Source: Phyllobates terribilis
Lineage: Eukaryota
Reading direction: 5' to 3'
Assembly: GCF_046119375.1 (NCBI RefSeq)
Contig: NW_027362770.1
Coordinates: 172,112,001 to 172,176,000 of the forward strand
Length of the DNA: 64,000 nucleotides
A model generated the notes under the pieces. It did not search any database, was not told the DNA's origin, and saw only the letters and a program-made list of their open reading frames with translations. The translations under genes and the position numbers were made by a program. Positions 23,601 through 35,200 of the stretch are shown piece after piece; position 1 is the stretch's first letter; every line of letters begins with the position of its first letter.

Positions 23601-26600
23601 CCCCTTTAAGGTCAGATATAAAGTAGGTCATAACCATAATCCATTCACTACCATCCTTGTTCCAGGTAATATCTTCATCTGCCGGAAGCTGACTGAAGTG
23701 CGTCAGGAGGACAGCGATGGAGAAGATGAGATTTCCTCCACCAGTGTTCTGTATAAGATCGGTGTGTATCATGGCTGGTGATGAAGTGTCCTTGTGGGTC
23801 TAGGAAAAGTCTCTGGGTACAGAGTCATTTTACCTTCTCGTCTTGGTTTCAGGGGACCTTGGTCACGTCACTTCCATTACAAATCCACAAGTGGAGGAAG
23901 GAGACAGTCGGTTCCTGGCCAATGAGGTCCTACAGGAGGCAAGTGCAAAACCTAGGTTACATGGTCAGAATTGTGGATTCTAACTCTTCTATGTTGGTGT
24001 TCAAAACCGTTGAGTTGTGACCCAGCCGGTAACTGACCAGTCTGTTCTATAACCTGATTTGGAGTCAATGCTGTGTTTGCCCACAAGGTGGGGAGAATTG
24101 GTTCATTTGGTGAACTCTCCCCTTTCTGCGATCATGTAGTCATTTGTGCTCCTGAAATGGTGCCCTGCACTACTTACCAATCCTGCTCAGTATGGTCATC
24201 TGTACAGGGAGGTAACTGGAAGCTGAACATCACACATAGCCATCCCTTACAGGTTCACACTAGACAGCAGGCTTTGTTTTTCCTCCTTGTAAACCACTAG
24301 GCATGCTGACATGCTTGCTTTCTTAAGGGCTGACACCTTTTTCTGCCCTAGGCCACCAGGGATGGGGATATTGATATTGACCCACATCCCCCTCCTTTCC
24401 ATGCCTAGACCAAATGGTCTAATGACGCTCAATGCCTTAATTGACCTTCTGCACTAGGCATAGTGATTACCTCCCCACCATTCTCTTCTCTACCCTAGAC
24501 CACCTGCGATGCAGAAATTGATGCCCTCTCTGGCACTAAACCAGGGAGAGTATCAGATTCCCACACCCTGTTCTTTCCAGGGCTAGGCCACCAGGTTGAT
24601 GTTAACCAGACCCCTTTCCAGCTCTAGATCACTAGGGATATGGATGTCAACCCCAACACACACCCTCTTGGATCACTAGGCATAATGATGACACCACTGA
24701 GGATGCCTTCTTTAACTCCCTTTCTTGGCTCATACCACCAGGGACATGGACATTTGCCCTCACCCACTTTTCCCCTAGACAACCAGGAATACTGACATAA
24801 GCTTCATTAATACACTATACACCAAATAAGTGGGCGTTAAGCCATGCCTCTTTAATCATCTATATTTTATTTATTTTTTTAGGGTGGGTGAAACTCTAAA
24901 TTTAACCCCCAGAAATGTTCCTGTACACGAGCTCAAAAAAAAATTGTTGCCATCAGTGGCATACTAAACTGTACATTGCAGAAGTGACATGCCAGCTGGG
25001 CTTCTGACTCATTGGGTCACCAACCTTTGGTTGTCACTTAATTAAATGTGGTCATGGACCACCACTGAAGTCCAGAATAGTGGGGGCTCTACGGAACGAT
25101 TGAAGCTTGAACACTGCTTATAATGTAAGAGGCCATGGAAATCTCTAAACTTTGCCAAAGGGATGTATGGCCGTTCATTCTGTAAATCAATGGGGGGGTA
25201 GTCTGATCTTGCATGTATCGTTGGCTTATTGCTTGGAACTTCCCTTTAAGGACAAGAATGCAGCCCAGAAAACTTGCAAGATGGTTCATACCTATGTGAC
25301 TTTCCAGACATTTTGTAATTGTTTTCTTCCAGGATTACAGCCAACTACCCAAGGCTGACCTCTTTGCTCTTGGCCTCACCATCACTGAGGCAGCTGGTGC
25401 GAGTCCTCTACCATGCAACGACGATGGCTGGCACTACATCAGAAAGGGCAACCTGCCAGAGATCCCCCAGCCGCTCTCTTCTGCTTTTCTTGACCTGCTT
25501 AAGGTATGTCACTTGGTAAAGTCGGGCAAAACATGCACAGGTTTCGTTAGTGAGGTCAGCTCTGACTATCTCCACTGGTGTAGGTTTAAGGTTTGGGTCT
25601 GGCATTTGCTTGTAGTGACCACTAGAGGGAGCTTGCTGCCTAATGGTTATATATCTACATAGAGCGGAGCTCCCCCTGGTGGTGGCTGCAGGCAGTCAGA
25701 ATGTAACTTCACCTTCCATGAATCTATGGAATTCCACGACATCTAGGTGACATATTAAAGGAAAAACCTTGAGTGTAGAAATGTCACTTGGGTGAAGATC
25801 CCTAATGGCTATTATGACCACTAGAATTAAGCCAGGCACATGGCAGTTTGGGGAACAGGTGGTATTTAGTTACTATATCCACAATGAACCAGATGCCATA
25901 TGTTTTTGAGTCGCCCTCGTCAAAAACTTTGACCGTTCATCAGTTTTTTACCTTCCGGACCCCCTTACAGGTGTTGATTCATCCAGACCCTGCAGCCAGA
26001 CTCTCAGCCGCTGCCCTGGTAAAGCATCCTGTCCTGAGGAGATCTCTGGGAAAGGCGGCTCTGCTCCAGAAACAGCTCAATGTAGAGAAGTTTAAGACTG
26101 CCATGCTGGAGAGGTAGGTGACCGCTCCCAAACTGGTTAGAAGGGCTTCTTGGTAGATATCTCCCATATAAAAGCTTCTCTTTGGGTGTATATACATCTG
26201 AAAGATGTTTCAGGGTTGGGTAGGTTGTTTTTGCTAAGGGATTTCCCTCAGCTCACTGAGGGATCTGATTGCAGCTGCTTATTAAGATGCACAAAGGACT
26301 CTGCTTTTTAGTAAGTGTTAACTTCACTCCAGATCTGGATTCACAGCTACACTGCTCAGTACTGCCATACAGAGCTGGATTCACTGCTATACTGCTCAAT
26401 GCTATTGTATAATGTCCCAAATGTTAGTGCTGCTTCTGAACATCTGCTATGTAGAGACATTAGGGCATGAATCCCTCATGTCAGTGTATTGGGAATCCTC
26501 ATCATAGCTAATCTGACAACTGAGAAATACAGGCTGGAGAGGGAAAAACTGGTGAAAAATGCGTTATACAAGGCATATAATGACTAGAAATTCTGTTTAT

Positions 26601-27448
26601 GTAAAGACTCCTGCTGCTTTCTATTAGGTGTTTCATCTCGCCCCAGTGCTAGATTCACAGCTACACTGCTCAGTACTGCTGTATAATGCCCTACAGAGCA
26701 GGAGTTACAGCTACACTGCTCAGTCTTCTGTATAATGCCCTACAGAGCAGCATTCACAGCTACACTGCTCAGTACTGCTGTACAATGCCCTACAGAGCAG
26801 GAGTCACAGCTACACTGCTCAGTACTGCTGTACAATGCCCTACAGAGCAGGAGTCACAGCTACACTGCTCAGTACTGCTGTACAATGCCCTACAGAGCAG
26901 GAGTCACAGCTACACTGCTCAGTACTGCTGTACAATGCACTACAGAGCAGGAGTCACAGCTACACTGCTCAGTACTGCTGTATAATGTCCTACAGAGCAG
27001 GAGTTACAGCTACACTGCTCAGTCTTCTGTATAATGCCCTACAGAGCAGCATTCACAGCTACACTGCTCAGTACTGCTGTACAATGCCCTACAGAGCAGC
27101 ATTCACAGCTACACTGCTCGGTAGTGCTGTACAATGTCTTGCATGCTGCTGCTGCATCTGAACGTGTGCTACATAGAAGGGCAGGAATCCCTCAATTCTG
27201 TCTGTGTATGAGAGACATCATAGCAGCTTGCTTCCACCCACAAGATAAGAAAAAGCTGAAAATGTAATTTTTTTCTTTTCTTATTCCACAGGGAACTTAA
27301 AGCTGCCAAACAAGCCCAAAATTCTGGAAAGGACGAGTGCACAGACCTCCCCTCAAAGTCTGAATTTATGTGCAAAAGCAGGAAGAGGCTAGTGGGGGGC
27401 AAAAACACCCGGTCATTAAGTTTCACTTGTGGCGCGGCCATTAAGTGA
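20646..27448 (+). CDS. wee2: Wee1-like protein kinase 2 (oocyte-type Wee1), 559 aa, 11 coding exons
   Basis: Exons 20646-20978, 21126-21319, 21693-21750, 22594-22766, 22961-23082, 23245-23391, 23666-23761, 23853-23938, 25333-25503, 25971-26113, 27292-27448 total 1680 nt with consistent phases. Motifs include [96 protein letters not shown] and [11 protein letters not shown], matching recalled Xenopus Wee2/Wee1A. Confidence 0.97.
26640..27135. repeat. 50-bp minisatellite in the last wee2 intron
   Basis: TACACTGCTCAGTACTGCTGTACAATGCCCTACAGAGCAGGAGTCACAGC repeated about 9-10 times; related degenerate copies near 26340-26400. Confidence 0.9.
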
Positions 27449-27638
27449 AGGACTGCAAATACCAGCATGGCTCCGCAACTTCAAGTGACGACGTTTCACC
27501 TCTAAAACAGTTACAAAAAAATAATAATCTGCTCCATCCGGTCAATACAATAAACCAGACCTGCGTTGTAAACGTCTCCTCTGCCCGTGTCAGTATGGCT
27601 TCCTCTACCCCCTGCACCATTCCCTCTAGATGTGGATT

Positions 27639-27680
27639 GATTTAATTTTATTTTTTTTAAATGTCTTAATTTTAATAAAA
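27639..27680 (+). promoter_or_regulatory. wee2 3'UTR CPE-like elements and AATAAA
   Basis: TTTTAT at 27646-27651; TTTTAAT at 27670-27676 overlapping AATAAA at 27674-27679. Confidence 0.65.
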
Positions 27681-28029
27681 TTTTAACTTTGATTTTGTTA
27701 TTTTTGCAAAAATTTTCCATGACTGAATGAAATGGATCATAAGTGTAACTGGGAAGGGGGGGTGGTCTAAGTACTGGGATGGTGTCCAAGTCTAGAAGGC
27801 TGCATATATTTATTTGGTCCCTACGCTTGAGGGTTGTGCCGGTATATTCTCCCACCCAATATATCAGCTGTGGAAAGGTGCCATGCTCTGGGCGGTCCAG
27901 TATGATACTCAAATGGCCACAGGCAAGAGTAATGCTATTATACCCTCCCTATAGAAGTCCCTGATAGTCTAAATCCATTGAATAAAAAATAAAATAAAGC
28001 TTCCTACAGCCACCATTAGGGGGAGTTCT

Positions 28030-28290
28030 GCTTTATGGAATTCATGCAGTTCCAGTATAACCACCAGTAGAGGGAGCAAAATGCACAAATTCCATAAAAC
28101 AGGGCTCCCTCTAGTGGTAGTTGTACGAAATCAAACTAATCACTTAAATTAAATATTAAAGTGATTAGTGTCATTTCATACAACCACTAGAGGGAGCCCT
28201 GTTTCATGGAATTTATGCATTTGGCTCCCTCTAGTGGTGGCTATTCTGTAACTGCATGAATTCCCTCTAGTGGTGGTTGTATGAAATTAC
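28030..28290. repeat. Palindromic repeat carrying CTCF-like CCACTAGAGGGAGC motifs
   Basis: Inverted arms centred near 28150; motifs at 28064, 28104, 28184, 28224 and 28262. Confidence 0.7.
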
Positions 28291-28849
28291 ACTAATCACT
28301 TTACATAAAATAAGACCAATAAATATAGAATTTGATGCTCTTTTACAGAAAATAGACAGAAGTTGCCCTAATGGGGTTTTTGTATACAGGATCAATGGGA
28401 CTAGCAGGGGGGATTTTCTGGACCAATCAACCCTGACTATAATGCATTATTTTCCTTTTTGCTCAAGGTGGAGAGAAGTGGTGTCTGCGAACATCTGGTG
28501 CAGCTTCTCTTACACTTGTTTCTTATATCTGGTCCAATAAAGCAATGATGACACCATCTATGAGGTGGTTATTGAAGCCTGGGCTCAAAAATGGTGTCTC
28601 TGGCCTGCCTGCTACAGGATGGGACCTATAGATATAGGACTGGACTCCATGGGATCTACATTGGGTTTGTCTAAGGTGGCGTTTGCTGCAAAGCCAATAG
28701 GTGCAAGAAAGCAGCCATAATACCGCCCTGTGGATCTGGCGCCTTCTATAGCTATCCTATTGCCATCCCTGGGGTCTTTATTAATGTCATCAGTCGTCAC
28801 AAGGGGCCACACTTCACATTAACTCCCCACTGCATCCTAAAGTTGAGTA

Positions 28850-29455
28850 TAAAGCGCCACCTGCTGGCCACTCCAGGGATTTTTTTTTTTCCTTCCCTGC
28901 AGGTATAAAAAAAAAAGTGGAAGCAGCGCCACCTGCTGGCGACTCCGGGAATTTTCCATCCCACTGCAGGTATAAACCAAGTGGAAGCAGCGCCACCTGC
29001 TGGCGACTCCGGGAATTTTCCATCCCACTGCAGGTATAAACCAAGTGGAAGCAGCGCCACCTGCTGGCGACTTCAGGAATTTTCCATCCCACCGCAGGTA
29101 TAAACCAAGTGGAAGCAGCGCCACCTGCTGGCGACTCCAGGAATTTTCCATCCCACTGCAGGTATAAACCAAGTGGAAGCAGCGCCACCTGCTGGCGACT
29201 CCAGGAATTTTTCATCCCTCTGCAGCTATAAACCAAGTGGAACCAGTGCCACCTGCTGGCGACTTCAGGAATTTTCCATCCCACTGCATGTATAAACCAA
29301 GTGGAAGCAGCGCCACCTGCTGGCGACTCCAGGAATTTTCCATCCCTCCGAAGGTATAAAAAAAAAGTGGAAGCAGCGCCACCTGCTGGGGATTCTAGGA
29401 ATTTTCCATCTTACTGCAGCTATATAAAGCCATGTGGTAGCAGCGCTACCTGGTG
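28850..29455. repeat. 64-bp tandem array, each unit with a CTCF core motif
   Basis: GCGCCACCTGCTGG starts at 28854, 28926, 28990, 29054, 29118, 29182, 29246 (GTGCC variant), 29310 and 29376, with a degenerate tenth copy near 29443. Confidence 0.9.
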
Positions 29456-29619
29456 ATCGCTTTTGGAATTGCAGCAGAGCGAGAGCAAAAATGGGAAAAT
29501 GCGGCAATACCGATTATCTAACACTTACAGAAACGCTTAATGTGGCCGGTGATCTCTCCGTCACCTCGAAGAAAAATCTCTGTCAGAGATTTTCACAGGA
29601 AATGAGCTACACCGAGCTG

Positions 29620-29737
29620 CCGGAAGTGGGGCGGAAGTGACCTGTCTGCGCCGGAAGTGAGGACGTGTGTCACAGGATCTCTCTTCCCCCTGCTGTTGCT
29701 CACATGTCTAGGAGACACTGACCCTGGTGAGGTGAGT
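29620..29737 (+). promoter_or_regulatory. ssbp1: ssbp1 promoter with three ETS/GABP motifs and 5'UTR exon 1
   Basis: CCGGAAGT at 29620, GCGGAAGT at 29631 and CCGGAAGT at 29651; splice donor GAG|GTGAGT at 29731/29732. Confidence 0.7.
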
Positions 29738-30154
29738 GATGCCACATGGGGGCGGCTGATGGGTTTACAGCTCGGTTCTGCCTGACTGGCAGTGGCGGGT
29801 ACAGGACAGCACGGCCTGCTGGGACTTGTGGTGCTACATTGATGCAGGCAGCCTGGGTATCTGCTTAGGTTGGCTGAAATGATTATTAATGTGATCCCTA
29901 TGGAGAGATGAGACACAATAGTCGCCAAAAATCCAGACCCACTTGGTTTTTGGTCGCCAGTTGCAAACTACCATCAGTGGGTGCTGCGCCCGTGTCTCTA
30001 AGATCGGCAGATGATGTGCCCGTGTCCGTAAGAGCGTCCGGTAGTGCGGCCGAGCATCCCAGAGGCGTCATCTGCTGTGCAAAAACCACCAGGAGTGTCG
30101 GGCATTGTTCCCATGCGTCATCTGCGGCTCTGTCTGTAGCCTCTGAGGCATCCA

Positions 30155-30750
30155 GTCTTGTGCCCGTGCCCCCTGGGGGCATCAGCTGCTGTACCCCATG
30201 CCCCTCAGAGGATGTCAGCCGCTGTACCCTGTGCCCCCTTAGGGGGCATCAGCCACTGTACCCTGTGCCCCCTGGGGGCGTCAGCCGCTGTACCCCATGC
30301 CCCTCAGAGGATGTCAGCCGCTGTACCCCGTGCCCCTCAGAGGATGTCAGCTGCTGTGCCCCCTGGGGGCATCAGCTGCTGTACCCCATGCCCCTCAGAG
30401 GATGTCTGCCGCTGTACCCCGTGCCCCCTGGGGGCATCAGCTGCTGTACCCCGTGCCCCTCAGAGGATGTCAGCCGCTGTACCCCGTGCCCCCTGGGGGG
30501 GGGGGGGGGGGCGTCAGCTGCTGTACCCCATGCCCCTCAGAGGATGTCAGCCGCTGTACCCCGTGCCCCCTGGGGGGGGGGGGCATCAGCTGCTGTACCC
30601 CATGCCCCTCAGAGGATGTCAGCCGCTGTACCCCGTGCCCCCTGAGGGGGGGGCATCAGCTGCTGTACCCCATGCCCCTCAGAGGATGTCAGCCGCTGTA
30701 CCCTGTGCCCCCTTAGGGGGCATCAGCCACTGCACCCCGTGCCCCCTCCT
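30155..30750. repeat. GC-rich minisatellite (alternating ~32-bp subunits) in ssbp1 intron 1
   Basis: TGCCCCCTGGGGGCATCAGCTGCTGTACCCC alternating with ATGCCCCTCAGAGGATGTCAGCCGCTGTACCCC. Confidence 0.88.
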
Positions 30751-31197
30751 GGGGCGTCACCCTGGCTTTCACATAGGAACAGTATCATCTCTCATCTTGA
30801 CATTTTACTGTCAGTTTGAGTATAAAAAAAATTAAACTTTTTTCAAAGTGGAAACCATCAGTAAGTTGTTGTTGACGAACCATTTTTTATGATAAGACGA
30901 GCACATGATGTGATTAACATTTCTGGGGTCGGTTGACATAAAAATGTGATGAAATGTTTTCCTCCGATAATAGACTCTGATTTCTTACAAAAGTGACTCC
31001 TGAGAAGACGTCTGTGAGGAGCAGACCGCGGACGTCCTTCTGGTATCCGGAGTATATTAATCATCTGTCCACTATCGGGTCCTGGGGTGTCATTCTAGGA
31101 ACATTAAACACCCAGGATCCATCAACAGCTTCCTGATGACTGTTTCCTAAAAAATGTTTTAAAACAAACACGTTATTTTTCTCTTCTACACAATTAA

Positions 31198-31809
31198 GGC
31201 CCTGTCACACTAAGCGATGCAGCAGCGATCCCGACAACGATACGACCTGTCAGGGATCGTTGCTGCATCGCTAATACATCGCTGGTGAGCTGTCAAACAG
31301 GCAGGCTCACCAGCGATCAGGGGACCAGCGATATCGTGGAAAGAATCGTTCCACGATGTCCTTCTCCCGTTCCCAGCCTGCTGCTTAAGCAGGAGCAGGC
31401 TGGTAACTATGGTAAATATCGGGTTACTAAGTGCGCGTGTGCCCCTAGTAACCCGCTGTTTACCATGGATACCACTCTGCTACGGTGCGCTGGAGCCTCC
31501 GCTCACCGTAGCAGAGTGGTATCTATGGTAAACAGCGGGTTACTAAGTGCGCGCGTGCCCCTAGTAACCCGATATTTACCATGGTTACCAGCCAGATCGT
31601 TGGTCCCGCTGGTCACACACAGCGATGTGTGCTGGCCAGCGGGAGGCCAACGACCAAAAAATTGTCCAGGACACTTTGCAACGATCAGCGACCTCACAGC
31701 AGGGGCCTGATCGCTGCAAAGTGTCACACATAGCGAGGTCGCTGGTGAGTCACCAAAACCGTGACACAGCAGCGATCTCGCTAGCGATATCGCTTAGTGT
31801 GACGGGGCC
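31198..31809. mobile_element. TIR MITE flanked by TTAA
   Basis: TIRs GGCCCTGTCACACTAAGCGAT / ATCGCTTAGTGTGACGGGGCC; TTAA at 31194-31197 and 31810-31813. Confidence 0.85.
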
Positions 31810-32014
31810 TTAAGACACACAGTCCGCTCACATACTACACAATGGGCGAGGTTATCTTACTATCAGATCTGTCAGCTGCAGCTTGCTGACTGTTTCCATA
31901 TTTATAAAATTGGTAAAAGTCCATGACACGGATTGTAGATGATGTAAATAATATGGATTTTTGTTCTGCAGGTGATAAATATTTCCTGAGAAGCCAAAAA
32001 CGCAAATAATCAAA

Positions 32015-32171
32015 ATGTTTCGCAGAGTCGCCACACAGGTGGGTGTAAAGAGGTCGGGGTAGTGGTCACTGACAGCCAATCAGATTCCTGCTTTCTGCTA
32101 CAAAAATACTTGAAAAATGAAAGCTGCGATGTGATTGGTTGTTGCATCCACCTGATGCTGGATTACGAGAG

Positions 32172-32206
<35 letters not shown>

Positions 32207-35200
32207 CAGATTTTCCAGCAGTCGGTCCGGTTTCAGAGTACAGAGTCGGGGGTTTTGGAACGATGTAAGTAAGATTTCATTTGTCTCCTGATTTTTAACA
32301 TTTTTTTACATTTTTTAAGGCAGGATGAGGGTGAGCAATTCTTCTACTGCCCATAAGATAAGCATCAGCTCCTGGGTGTAATTGCTCATTATAACCTGTA
32401 GATGGAGTAGTTGTACTAATGAGACAACTTCGTGTTATATGGTTGCCTATTTTATGCAAGGTCGAGGCCATGTTAGGCTGGGATGGGGGGTCGGGGCCAT
32501 GCTAGGAGGCAGGGGGGGGGTTGGTCCGAAGCCATTTTAGGCAGTGGGGCGGCGAGTTCATGTTAAGGGGGGGTCGAGGCCATGCTAGGCAGTAGGGGAT
32601 CCAGGCGAGACCATGTACAGTGGAGGAGGGGGGAAGAGGGCCGAGGTCAGGCCCTGACTGCTAATCTGCCTTATGGGGCAGATGCCCGGTGGGCTGGTCT
32701 GTTAGGTCATAAAAAGGGCTGCCTGGCTACTGTTGTCAGCGTACCATTGTATATCAGTGAGTCATGCATTCTGTGTTGAGTCTGGGGTTATCTGTTCATC
32801 TACTTATCTTTATGGTAGGTAAATAAACAAACAGACTGGACAACAGTTCTAAGAGTTTAGGATGGGCAATCCAGACACAGATTTTACTTTGAAAAGCTGG
32901 TCTTGTATACTGTGCACTAATTAATAGCTAATGCCTCTAACTGCAGAGTTTGCTTTGAAGAGTTTGTCATTGTCAGAACAGTCCCTTCTCCTGTCCTGTA
33001 TATATACACTGCACAGTACCACTCCTCCTGTCCTGTATATATAAACTGCACAGTACCACTCCTCCTGTCCTGTATATACACACACTGCACAGTACCACTT
33101 CTACTGTATATACACACACTGCACAGTACCACTTCTATTCTGTATATACACACACTGCACAGTACCACATCTCCTATCCTGTATATACACACTGCACAGT
33201 ACCACTTCTCCTATCTTGTATATACACACATTGCACAGTACCACTCCTCCTGTCCTGTATATACACAAGCTGCACAGTACCACTCCTCCTGTCCTGTATA
33301 TACACAAGCTGCACAGTACCACTCCTTCTGTCCTGTATATACACACGCTGCACAATACCACTTCTCCTGTCCTGTACATATACACTGCACAGTGCCACTC
33401 CTCTAGTCCTGTATATATACACTGCACAGTGCCACTCCTCCTGTCCTGTGTATATACACTCCACAGTACCACTCCTCCTGCCCTGTGTAAATACACTGCA
33501 CAGTACCACTCCTCCTGTCCTGTGTATAAACACACGCTGCACAGTGCCACTCCTCCTGTCCTGTGTATCTACACACGCTGCACAGTGCCACTCCTCCTGT
33601 CTTGTGTATCTACACACGCTGCACAGTGCCACTCCTCCTGTCCTGTGTATCTACACACGCTGCACAGTGCCACTCCTCCTGTCTTGTGTATCTACACACG
33701 CTGCACAGTGCCACTCCTCCTGTCCTGTGTATCTACACACGCTGCACAGTGCCACTCCTCCTGTCCTGTATATATACACACATGCTGCACAGTGCCACTC
33801 CTCCTGTCCTGTGTATATACACACATGCTGCACAGTGCCACTCCTCCTGTCCTGTGTATATACACACATGCTGCACAGTGCCACTCCTCCTGTCCTGTGT
33901 ATATACACACATGCTGCACAGTGCCACTCCTCCTGTCCTGTGTATATACACACATGCTGCACAGTGCCACTCCTCCTGTCCTGTGTATATACACACATGC
34001 TGCACAGTGCCACTCCTCCTGTCCTGTGTATATACACACATGCTGCACAGTGCCACTCCTCCTGTCCTGTGTATATACACACATGCTGCACAGTGCCACT
34101 CCTCCTGTCCTGTGTATATACACACATGCTGCACAGTGCCACTCCTCCTGTCCTGTGTATATACACACATGCTGCACAGTACCACTCCTCCTGTCCTGTG
34201 TATATACACACATGCTGCACAGTGCCACTCCTCCTGTCCTGTGTATATACACACATGCTGCACAGTGCCACTTCTCCTGTCCTGTGTATATACACACATG
34301 CTGCACAGTGCCACTCCTCCTGTCCTGTGTATATACACACATGCTGCACAGTGCCACTCCTCCTGTCCTGTGTATATACACACATGCTGCACAGTGCCAC
34401 TCCTCCTGTCCTGTGTATATACACACATGCTGCACAGTACCACTCCTCCTGTCCTGTTGTCGGAGAGGTGTCAATATTGGTTTAGTATTTTCAATATTAC
34501 TATGGCCAAATAAAATTAAATATTGGAAAACCTGTTTAAATGGATTATCCTAAGTAATGCCCTCTCCTCTGGATAGGGGATAATTGTCCAATCGCTGGAA
34601 ATTCGACTGTTGGGACCCCCATGATCCCAAGAATCGGAGCTCTGTAGACCACCATGTAAATGGAGCTGTGGCCGATCATACGCACTGTGGCGCCATTCAC
34701 ATGCGGCTCTTAAAATAACTCTTTTTAGGAGAGTGAGGGGCATGACAAAGTAAAGCAAAATTCACCGATCGGGGGTAATGAGTGTGAGGGTGCGTGCACA
34801 CGATCAGTAATTGCTGCGGACTGTAAGCAGCGGCCAGATGTTACAGCATAGTGGATGGGATTTGTAGAAATTCCATGTCCACTATGGGTTTCCGTGCACC
34901 TGCGGATCAGCTGCGTATACGGGTATGTGGCGCGTCTTTCCAGACCGCAGCTTGTCAATTTCTCTCACAGAGACGCTAGCAAGAGAAATTATACCACTGT
35001 AATATATAGGATGCGGTGAATGGTTCAATAATCACGTGCGGATTCACCTGCGTGCAGCGCTTTGTACGCAGCATCAAGTATACAGCGTTTGAAGCGCTGC
35101 CAAGCGTGTGCACGAACCCTTATAGTATGTGGTCTGGTGGGGTTTGTGTGGCGGGGGGGGGTGAGTCGGGGCCATGCTATGCGGCTGGGGGGGGTAGGGG

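Noticed and set aside
28940-29410. GGAATTTTCC in each 64-bp unit as an NF-kB/NFAT site
   Set aside because: Only a partial consensus match, much weaker than the CTCF match.
29908-30835. Cys/Pro-rich metallothionein- or keratin-associated-like ORFs
   Set aside because: They coincide with the minisatellite, are open in multiple frames and have no gene structure.
33101-34553. Long Cys/His-rich ORFs (up to 445 aa) on both strands
   Set aside because: They are translations of the 43-bp minisatellite, open in several frames, inside an ssbp1 intron.
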